DNA from: Gonapodya sp. JEL0774
Lineage: Eukaryota
Direction: 5' to 3'
DNA length: 64,000 nucleotides
Assembly: GCA_027604505.1 (NCBI GenBank)
Contig: JADIIX010000090.1
Coordinates: 1 to 64,000, forward strand
In this document: positions 1-10,035 of the stretch, one piece after another
Layout of the letters: each line of letters starts with the position of its first letter
Numbering within the stretch: the stretch's first letter is position 1
Notes under the pieces: model-generated
Told to the model about the DNA's origin: nothing
Databases searched by the model: none
The model's input: the letters and a program-made list of their open reading frames with translations, nothing else
Translations under genes and position numbers: made by a program

Positions 1-98
1 TCAGGAATGTAAAGAGTGTGGGAAAAGGCTTGTATGTCAGTCTGGGTGTGGTGAAGGGCATAATTTGTAAACTCAGTCGTGTGCCGAGAGAAAACATA
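1..98 (+). repeat. Duplicated segment, left part (continues at 4247-4275; second copy at 5534-5659)
   Basis: 1-98 joined to 4247-4275 aligns colinearly with 5534-5659 (tcaggaat...gagaaaa(c/t)aTAgataag(c/t)aacccaacatccatctcaacaa). Confidence 0.9.
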
Positions 99-388
99 CA
101 GTGCACCAGGCCCAAAACCAACAATCCACAAAAAACCACCTACCAACCTCAGTTATGCTCTGAAAAATGAACAAGTAACATATTTCAAATCTCCTAGTAA
201 TTATCTATTAATTAAGCATTCCTTGTTTTTCCGAGTTGGTCGGTCCCCAAAAAAATTGTCTATCAAAACTGTTCAGTTCTTCGAATCTACACCTCCTAGT
301 TGCCATTTCACTGCGAACAGGGCCGCCCCGACCATTGCCGACCACAAGGACTCACACCCTATCATCTACAAGCAATCTAGAGTGGTTT

Positions 389-3093
389 TTACTCGCCGAG
401 GATCACTGTCGCTTTCTCCAGAGCGGTCCTGCGAACCCTTCGGTGAGACTTCTGAATTTCCATATCTGCGTTTGCTCCATCCAATCCGCGACGGTAGAGC
501 TCTCTATAATCAGCCGTATGCCGGAAATAGCGATGAATGAAAGAGGTTGGTAGAGCTCTGTCAGCTTCCGCAACCACCTCCCGGAGTGTCGGCATCGTTC
601 CATCCACACAAGAGCGAACAAATTGCTTCTTCCAAGACCAACTCATCTCAATGGCACCTTGCAGTTCTGGGTGACACTTTGGTGGCCAGACAAGGGTGTG
701 TCCCGCAGCAGTGACCACTTCCTCCAAAGCTGATTTTTGTCCAATAAAGTCAGGCTGGTTCCTCATAAGCCAGCGCATACAGCAATCGTGTTTTTCTGGA
801 TCTCGTTCACAGGAGCCAGCGCACTTTCCCCGTAGTGGCTTTGTGGAAGACCGGACGAAGAAGTCCGGTGCTTGGTGGATCTTCCCGTTCACTTTGAAGG
901 TCTTCCCAGGAACCCGCTTGAGTGAGTAACTTTCTGCATCAATTAAGTTTCGTTCTTGGAGTACTTCCTTCTAGCCTCTCTGTCCCCCGGTCCCACCGTC
1001 CTTGCAAACTGACATTGGTTGGACCACACGTGTCCCGTCAGGTGCGTTGTACCAGCCGTCACTCATCTTGGTTGTAGCACAGTCTTTCTTGTTGCCGCCT
1101 CTTCCAACGTTCATCTTGGAGGCGTCAAGGGCATCTGGTGCACGACAGCTGTGGTTGCTTGAGTGGTCAACTTGGATGACAAGTTGTGCATTTGGAAAAC
1201 CCTTGCGGTGAGTAAAGATTCCCCAGATAGGAATGAGATAGCCTCAAATCTAACAGCAACAATTCGTGAGTACCTTTTCCTTTACCACAACTACCACCTG
1301 TGACCTACCTGTTCAACAGCATCTTCTCCTTTCCAAGTTTTCACCCATGGCTCCACTGTCATGTGAACATACAGGTGGTCTCTCAATTTTTGTGTTACTA
1401 GGTGAGCGACGCCATTGTTGAGAGCATACTCAAAGTCATCTTCTGACAACTCAAGTCGGTTCCCATGCAGAAGGGTCACAACTCCAGACTCCATCAATGA
1501 TTGCCCATCGCCTTTTGGTCTTAGTTTTCCTCGGACTTTGGGGTTTATCCATTCTTTGGTCTGTCGCTGGTTTGCATAGCTGATTGCCTCATCTTGCATC
1601 GCAAAGTCTAACGGAACCTCCCCATCCTTCAGTCCTTCCAGCATCACCAGAATCTCCATCTCTTTCAAATCTCCATCAACAAAGCGAAACATTTGTCTCT
1701 CAAGCTCCGGCATTGTATCGTTGACATACTTCCACCTGTCCTCCACAACATCAGCACGTTCATGCGCGTCAGCGTAACCCTTCTTCTTAATGTTCCAAGA
1801 CCAGCCCAAGAAATGCAGCCATTGACGAGCTGTCTCAGTGGAGATTTGTGTTTTTGGAAGTTGAAGCGCTGGTAGAACTTTGTTGGTCACAAATTCCTGC
1901 CGTTTCGACAAGACAATGAACTCATGCTTTCACTGACCACATCAAAATGATACTGAATGAAAAACTCACAGCTAATGAAGTAGCTCGAATAGCTTCTCTG
2001 TCTTGAGTTGCGCGCAGCCAATTCTGCACATACGCTGAACATCAGCATCCACCATCAATGATTGGACAGCAACGTTTTTTGGTGTCCGAATTGGCATCTG
2101 CCAAGTCTCCCTCCACATCTTGGCCCTTCTTGCCAATTCTCTTATCTGCCATGTTGTCACCATATCTGGGCCAAACACTGTTTGCAGAGTATCTCTTGCC
2201 GCCTCATCCCTTCCCTGCTTTCTCACTCCTAATCCGTAAATTCGCTCTGTGTAGCTCAAGACTGCCACATGCTGGAGTAGCTCCCTTTTGTTCTCGGCAC
2301 TGCTCTTAATCAACAGTGCACGCTCAGCTTTGGCTCGTTCAGTGATGCCCAGAATCCACACGCCACAACTCTGAACTGACTGCGCTGCCGTTTGTGCTTT
2401 GTGTGTGTGAGCTTCCAATTTTGAAGCTTCTTTGCGTGCTCTCCTTCGGAGGAGACGCAGGTTTTCCTGGGAGATTGGTGGTGGTGTAGGTGTAGGTAGT
2501 CTTGCGTTTGGTATGAGGAAGGCTTCGATTCGTTGTGTTATCTTTGCCCCTTCCACCAGCTTCTTTGCCTCAAGTTGGATGTCACGCTAACAAGATTTGC
2601 CCTTCCCCCACAAGTGGGGCTTTGTCTTTGGTGGTTTCGCCACCTCTGACCTTGAGAAGTTGAGTTGACAGTCTGGACCCCACTGGAGCACCGATTGCAC
2701 CCTCTTCAAAGTTGTGGGGTCATTCTCTGCCTTAAATAGGAGCTTCTCCCATCGTTCTGCATCTTTCTCAGCCAATGCATGTTCTGCCTCTGAATCTGAA
2801 GATAGAACTGTCTCCCTGGAATCACTTGAGTGCACTGAAGCTGCATCCTGCACATGATGGGAGGATGTTGGATTGTCATCAATACATATCCATCTGAATG
2901 ATCCATTGCATACCTTTTCTTCCCCATCAGAGCCCAATAAAGAAGGCTCATAGTCCCCATCATCACCGTCAGAAGAGATTTGAGCGTGATTTGCATCACC
3001 AAGCACTTCTGCAACCTCAGATGCACACTCTGCTTCAATCCTTTTCAGAGACTCTTGTTTTTTTGCTGCGCAGGACTTTTTGGACTTGGGCAT
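389..3093 (-). pseudogene. Spliced DDE transposase pseudogene (fungal IS630/Tc1-like family)
   Basis: Motifs WLHFLGW..KKGYADAHERADVV, QDEA, PKGDGQSLM, VDHSSNH, CCMR..QPDF..QKSALEE and PPKCHPEL..IE. In-frame stops at 2587-2589, 1244-1246 and 971-973, an apparent frameshift near 2020, and GT-AG introns near 1900-1969 and 1250-1308. Confidence 0.85.
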
Positions 3094-3249
3094 CTCTTCA
3101 GTTGTGGTTGCAACGTGACACCAAACTCTTGGAAGGTGCACATCTGGATCAAACAGAAACCACTCAAAATTGCTGGCCTCCTATATACATAATAAACTAC
3201 AAGGAGTTACAATGTATTGCTTTTATAGCCATTTTATGGGATCTGATCA

Positions 3250-3801
3250 ATCTATCATCGCTTCTCCAAGTCAACGCATGCGGCTGTGTGCCGGCAGGTT
3301 ACCATGATGATTGCCATCACAACAAGCCATTGTGATAAACTCACCAAGAAAGATCGCATGGATTTGCTGTCGGACTTTGCCTGGAGGGTTTCCACAACAC
3401 CAGTCCGTCCAATGGCAACTTCCATGTCCTGAGCACTTGCAAGCCCCACGCAGCAGGTGGTCTTCCACAAGAGTGTGTCCTCAAGACATCAACCCAGTAG
3501 AAGCGACGTGTGAAGGCTCACATTTCCTCTCTCATCCAGTTTATAAGCTGCTGCAGCTTCGAATGTCTGACCTCTATCTGGCAAGTGAGGGAGAGAGGTT
3601 GACCACGAGGCACAATGAAGCCATAAGAATAGCGGGATAAGGGAAAGTAGTGAAGAGATTCACCTTTTGGACTGGTTGTGATTGTCTGGACAAACAGAAC
3701 TCTGTCCCCAACGTCCAAATGAAGTCCGCACCCATCCAGATGCTTCGTGCATGTCCCGCTGTTGTCCTTTTTGCTAAGACTACATCGATTAATGGAGGCA
3801 T
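3250..3801 (-). pseudogene. Second small spliced gene inside the transposon (C-x2-H-x3-C...C-x-VG motif protein, function unknown)
   Basis: Exons 3664-3801, 3522-3577 and 3345-3461 join in frame through GT-AG introns: DNSGTCTKHLDGCGLHLDVGDRVLF..EAAAAYKLDERGN|TTCCVGL. A frameshift in exon 1 is inferred and the last exon is uncertain. Confidence 0.5.
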
Positions 3802-4379
3802 TGCGAGGGGTGTGGCGACAATAGAGCTCTGGAAACGTTCAAATCAGGTATAATCGGAGTGCTTGAGAGAGTTTTTGAGCACATGGGCAATGGCATAACC
3901 ACACACAGGCCTTGGAGCAAACCAAAAACATTGTATTATGTTGAAAGTTTACATATATAACTGTAGAATCAAGCCCCGGCAACAATAGCACTCAAAAAAC
4001 GGCTTCAGAAAAACTTTTCCAAGTTTACCCTTTTACCCGACCATTTGTGGTCAGTCGGTTTGGGGTGTGTATACCAGAAGTCAACCACGACTGCTGGGGG
4101 CGCGCCCAAAAGCACAAGGTAGATTCTGCTTGGTCATGTGAGCTTATGTTGTTTTTTGTGAGGGGGGAGGATGCTCAATTTGAATTGTTTTTATGGTTTG
4201 AAGGTGCATAATTGAACATTGTCGGTTTTGGGCCTGGTGCGATGTAGATAAGCAACCCAACATCCATCTCAACAATGGTTAAGTCTCCACTGATCTGGCT
4301 GAGAATGTTAAAACAGCATTTGATGGTATATCATTGGGCAACGAACATACCGTGCTTCAATTATTGCAGATCTACTGAA

Positions 4380-6196
4380 GGATCCTCAATTGTCAAAGAT
4401 TATTGAAGTCTTGACAAACAAGATCCCTGACAGTAAATCAAAACAAAAGAGCTTGTGTTGCTGCTTGTGAAGCTGCCTCTCAGATAGCTTTAATAAATGG
4501 TGTGCTAATGCATGTTGAAATAAAGAACGTTCCAACGACAGGCACTAATGTTCAACCTGACAGAGAAGCTCCAGCTCAAGTTGTGGTGCCTGGCTCCCAT
4601 CCCAAAGCTATACTACAATCATGTCATGAAGATTGTATGGCAGGACATCAGGCTGTGATTGCTATGTTACAATGTTTATTTGGATGTTACTATTGGCATG
4701 GAATGAGCCATGACGTTTGTGAATGGGTTGGAAGCTATTTGACTTGCCAAATTTGAAAGCCTGCAAATCCACATTGGCATGGGCTTCTACAGCCATTTGA
4801 TTTTTTGACAGCACAACATTGGGAAGATATTGCGACCAATCATATTGGACCATTTCCTGTTACTCATGCAGATCAGTACGTTTTAGTTGCATTGACATGT
4901 TTACAAGATTTGCCCAGGCAATTCCTGTCACTGACACTACTGCACCAACAACAGCACTTGCCTTGTATAATTACTGGATTTGAGGGTATGGAATTTTCTG
5001 ACGTTTATATTCTGACTGTGGACCTGCTTTCCACAATGATTGGAGGAAAGGGTTGGCCCTGTGATTGGGTTTTCAACAAGATTTTACCTCGCCACAATCA
5101 CCTGCAAGGTAATCCTTATGCGGAACAATTTATGAAACAGTTGGGTGACGCATTCACTGCATATGTAAATGATCAAAACCAATCTGATTGGGACAAAGCA
5201 CTCCTGTCCATTCTGTTTGTGTACTTATCGCGTGTTCACTTTACAACAGGTGACACTCCATTCTTTTTGGCAATGGGATGCGATCCACATATGCTGACAG
5301 ATGTCATGTCTGGCTTATCACATCAAGATCGAATATTGATTGTTGAATACAATCTTGAAACCTCACTTGCCAATCTCTGCAATGTTGTCTAAAGTGTATT
5401 CAGCACTTTGTGAGCACTTAGTGAAGTCCACTGAAATGTGTAAATTGACCTATTATGCAAAGCCTCTTGACACATATTTTGGGCCTGAGAATATTGTTAT
5501 GGTATACTACAAGGATGTCAAGTTTGGTTGTTCTCAGGAATCTAAAGAATGTGGGAAACAGCTTGTATGTCAATCTGGGTGTGGTGAAGGGCATAATTTG
5601 TAAGCTCAGTTGTGTGCACAGAGAAAATATAGATAAGTAACCCAACATCCATCTCAACAAAGGAATGCCACCTTGAGGGCAAAAGTGGCAAAGTCATGTC
5701 ACGATGGATTGGTCCTCATTGTATTTTTGAGGAGGTTTCTCCTGTGACGTCAAAGTGCTGAGACTGTGGCACATGTTCAGTGTCTTTGGAAAATTGTAGC
5801 CCACCCACAAATACTCAATGATGCATCTGCTCTAGCATTGTTACGTTTTGTGTGTGATGATGCAGATCTGGCACAACCGCCTTCAGAGATGCCAAATGAT
5901 GAAATAGCAACACCAATTGGTATTGATCAAGCAGGTGATATTGCTTACTTAAATGAGTGAATGGACCACTTGTTGAATATCTTGTTAAATTTTGTGGTTA
6001 TGCTGTACCTGAATGGACTGTTGAGGAAAACATTTGTGGGCAAGTTCTTATTGACGCATACAAGAATGCACATCTGACAGGGAAAAACAGACCACATATC
6101 AGCTGTCATTCTAGACTTGCTGGAATGAAACAGCGTCTTGAAGAGCAACACAACGCTCTTTCACAAGTATCATTGATAACAGATCAAACAAACTAA
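4380..6196 (+). pseudogene. Degenerate Ty3/Gypsy (chromovirus-type) integrase with C-terminal chromodomain
   Basis: Zn-binding region ILQSCHED..AGH..YYWHGM..DV.EWV..C, core WEDIATNHIGPFP and QGNPYAE..DWDKAL..HFTTGDTPF, GPY/F-like RWIGPH (about 5702) and chromodomain VEYLVKFCGYAVPEWTVEENI. Many stops and frameshifts. Confidence 0.85.
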
Positions 6197-6492
6197 AGCA
6201 CAAAAGCGTAAGCAAAATGACAGTGACAGTATTTTTGCAGTGAACAGGAGAAGAGTGTGAAGTAAGTGCCACATGAGTGAGCTTGTGGGTAATGGTATTG
6301 TGAGAATTCCCCTGCACAATTTACTCAGTTGCCCCATGGACAAAAGGAAGGTGTGGCAAATGAGTTCAAGATCCCCTTCCTTCTTGGGAGAGCTTGTATT
6401 ATTTGAAGTGGTAATGGACAAGTGTGAAGTGATGTTCATACATGTTTAGTCAATTGCCTGATGTAGGGCATCAGCTTGATGTGATGGGGGAG

Positions 6493-7536
6493 TGTGACGG
6501 AACAGGTCCATATGTAAGGGTTTAGGGCATGTACGGCACCTGTAATTTTAAAAAGTAACTATTCATGAAGTATTTGTTATTGGGGGTGTGTGAATCAGTT
6601 CTCATAAGTTACTAGTTTTTGGTCAAGCAAGTGCCGAACACACTGCCCATAATCCCTCAAGAAACCCCGCATCTCCCACATTGCACATTGGCATCATGGC
6701 AGAAAATACAGACGTGGAATCAAACGATCAGGTGGAAAGCAGGACTCGGATGGTCGCGGCAACTGGTGCAGCATTCATTGCAGTCGCCGCTGCTGCTGCC
6801 TGTTTCTTGATTCCCCATCCTCGCCAAGTCCCGCGCCCAATGACTAATAACGCGCTTCAGGGCGAGGCCTGGACTCAGGAAATTCTGCGTGGCCATGATG
6901 AGATGGTCCTGGACAATGGAGGATGCTGCGTACAGTCTTCCTAGACCTCTGCAGGGAGATTCGCTTGCGACGGGAACTGATTGACACAGCAGAGGTCAGC
7001 GTAGAGCAACAGATGGCGATGCTGATGATGTATTTGGGACAAGGAGTCTCCATACAGGCTTCTGAGGACCCAATTGCAAAACTCTGTCTAACCCTATCCT
7101 GGCACTTCTACTTGACGCTCTCCTCAGATTCCTCTGCATACTTCTCCTTCTCCTTCCCAGTTTTGCGTCATTTGGGGCCCAGTGGGTGGGGGAAGTTGCT
7201 GTGAATTTCAGGATTACGAGTTCTGGACAGTCAAAAAACTAGCCCTGAGGGTGATTATTTTTGTAGCGGGCAACAACTAGTTTTTGGTTTGTGGAAATAC
7301 AAGTGCCAAACACTCGCACATAATCCGGAGTTGTGTGAAAACTATTGTTTGGTGCAAATAACTACTTATTGTGCAAAATTATGTGCCGGCCGTACACACC
7401 CTTAGCTACGTAGATAGTAAATAGATTCTACACCTCGAACACCATCAAATGCTCCTGCCCCTTCTATTCATCCTGTGCAGTCCTCTACACAGGCACCACC
7501 TACTCCAAGGTTAGACTGCTCTCAATGCACATCTCA
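6493..7536 (+). repeat. Possible short LTR (about 165 bp once the Harbinger insert is removed)
   Basis: A purine tract GGGGGAG directly precedes TGTGACGG, downstream of the chromodomain ORF. The candidate end ...CATCTCA is followed by a TGGT PBS-like motif. No second LTR in the window confirms it. Confidence 0.35.
6525..7401 (+). mobile_element. Non-autonomous PIF/Harbinger deletion derivative (877 bp)
   Basis: TIRs GGGCATGTACGG / CCGTACACACCC with a TTA duplication (6522-6524, 7402-7404). Internal fragment LQGEAWTQEILRGH..MLRTVFLDLC..VSVEQQMAMLMMYLG resembles a Harbinger transposase N-terminus. Subterminal direct motif ACTAGTTTTTGG..CAAGTGCC.AACAC..CATAATCC at about 6611 and 7276. Confidence 0.8.
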
Positions 7537-7963
7537 TAGTTGGTGGTGCTCTTTTGCAAGTAGTAGACACAAATCAAGCTCAATCACGAATGAAAATTTG
7601 TGCTGAGCCAAAATTTGAGGCTGGGAAACTTGTCCTGGTGATCTTTTGTTGTTTCATGCTTGGTGTCACCCTCAGACTCCTCACTGACCAGAGTGATATA
7701 GTATGAGCGTGTATAGTAGCAAATAGAAAGGAAATAAGTGCCCTCACACGCCCTTCTCTCCTGACCAGAGCGTTGACAATCGTCAGGAACGTGGTCAGGT
7801 GCATCACCATATGCCCCTAGCGGGTAAACTACTTCTAACACGTGGACCTAGCACTCCTCATGGTACCCCTACAGGGTAACACTTGGCTCGCGTTTGGCTA
7901 GTCATAGTGTGACCACAGACATGAATAATATACGTTCCAAGAGAGAAATTCTATGCTCAAAGT

Positions 7964-9905
7964 TTAGAAATTCTCCCAAGTGTTGTCCTCCTTCCACCCT
8001 CCAGTCTCGGACTTTGTCTTTGCCCCATCTGAAGAATCTGTTGCACCATAGCCCATTTCGCCCAAAACAGCCCTGTGAACAGAACCATTACCACCACTGC
8101 TACCAGACAACTGTCCCTTTCCATCAGAGTCATCGTGCTCTTGCCACGTCCCCCACTCGTCTTCATTGTCGTCCTGATGTTCGCGGTGGTACTGTCCATC
8201 TGGAAACCCGCCTGCTCCATTTTGATTTTGCCCAGAGGACGGTCCACTCCCACCCTTTGGCCACTGCCAGTCCTGAAAAGTGCTTCCGATGCTCCTCTTC
8301 CCTTCAATCACCTCTTTCCCCAACCCAACACCTCGAGACGTGGCCTCCACGGCCTTTGCGGAAATGTCTTTGACACCCGTGAGCACTTTATCCACGACTT
8401 GACCGTCTTGGAGAGCCTTAGATGTGGTTTCAACAGTTTCGGAAATCTTTTGGGTAGCGATGGCGGCGCCTGCGGAGGCGAGTTTGGCGCCTTCGGTGAC
8501 TGTGAGATAGGAGATTATTTGGAGTATAAAGCAGCGTGAGAGGGAGGGGCGACAGATGGGTTTATGGGGTGGAGGAAGTGGAGGGGGTGAGCTGTGACTG
8601 TCAGCAACATGAAGAAACCGGAGAACGAGTGCACAAAAAGGGAGCACGAGAAAGAGGTACTCAACGATAAGTAGAAGCAATCGAGCTGAACATGGACCAC
8701 CCTGCTGAAATGTTCGCCATGACCTCTTCCCCGTTGACGCCAACCACACCCGCACCGCCCCTCGCCGCCGGTGCTGGTGACGAGAAGTTGGGGTTGCCGA
8801 ATCCGCCATACTTGCCCCCTTGGTTTGGTGCCATGGAGTCGGGGCGGGAGGAGTTCTCGGCGCCGAGCTTTGCGAAGTAGGCTTCATTTCTGGCGTTGGG
8901 GGAGGTCGAGGAGAAGGATGAGGTGCCTGTGCCTGCGGATTGGTACGAGAGGGGGTTGCTGTTGGTGGTGGTGTTGTCGGGTCTTCGGGAGAAGGAGGAA
9001 GAGGATTGGGCAGGGGTGGAGGATTCGGTGTCCCAGGAAAAGTCGTTATCAGTGCTGCGAGTGTTGGAGCCGGCCGTCTTTCCGAGGTTGTAAGTTTGCG
9101 TAGTGGATCCAGCGCCAGCTCCTGCGCCTGCCCCCCCTCCACCCGCGCCAGATCCTTGTTTCGGCGAGGGTGTCCAAGCTCGTCCCTCGACCTCGGCGGC
9201 GAGTTTTTCTCTGTAATGGCGCGCGAACTCTGTGTTGTACTTTTCCGAGATGGACATGCCCTCGCGCCAGTCGGGCTGAGATTTGAAAAAGTCAAGACAG
9301 CGCTTGTTCCCGCCGAGTTCCATGCGCTTGACCTGGTCTTCGCGCCAAGCGTCCATGGCTGGGAGGCAAGGGGAGATGTACAAATGCAGAGATGGTTTGG
9401 TTTGGATGGGAGAATTAAACAAAGCTGGAGCGGAAGAAAAGGCTACTGGGAGGTCGAAGTGGGATCAAACGTACTGAGCGAACGGACAAAGGAAATGTGG
9501 ACGCCCAGTCCGCGATGCTGTCCCGAGCATGTCAGGCAGAAAAACGTGCCGTAGGAGACAGAAGCCCACTATGGCAGATTGGGGTTTGCAAGGGTGCGGA
9601 GTTTCCAATGATGTGATGTCAGCCACAGTGATACGAGTCAGTCGGTGGGATGGACATTCGAGAGAGGGGATTGATGGACAAAGGGAACGGATGGGGACAC
9701 AGACCTGAGGGTTTGGAGAGCCGCAGTCGAAGCACAAATTATTCTTCTGCGTAGCATCTCTCTGGAGATCGAGTAGCTGGGCGAGAGGAGGATGGAGAGT
9801 GTTCGCAGGGAGAGTGAGTCAGTACGCTGGAAGGGGATGAGATTGGAGTTGGTGAGATTGAGTCTTCACCTTTTTCTTCTGGAATTTTTCACCGGACGCA
9901 GCCAT
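7964..9905 (-). CDS. GCS1: ADP-ribosylation factor GTPase-activating protein (Gcs1/ArfGAP1-like), spliced
   Basis: [68 protein letters not shown] and an acidic/Trp C-terminus ending WENF. Confidence 0.9.
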
Positions 9906-10035
9906 GGAAAGCAGACTGATTGAGTGGACGCAGGGTTTGCACTGATGGCTCTTGAGGATGCGGCAGCGACTCGTGAGCTGTGGTCGGTCAAACTCACTGA
10001 CGGTCACTTCTTCCCAGTCCCGACATTGCACGGAG

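Larger units (their letters stand above)
99..4244 (-). mobile_element. IS630/Tc1-mariner superfamily DNA transposon, both ends present, decayed
   Basis: Left TIR 99-125 CAGTGCACCAGGCCCAAAACCAACAAT matches the reverse complement of 4218-4244 (CATCGCACCAGGCCCAAAACCGACAAT) at 24/27. TA flanks both ends (97-98, 4245-4246). A DDE transposase lies inside. Confidence 0.9.

Noticed and set aside
99..4244. Fanzor/TnpB RNA-guided nuclease as the transposon's second gene
   Set aside because: No RuvC-like motifs or terminal CxxC..RD.NA pattern were seen, and the passenger gene is far too short.
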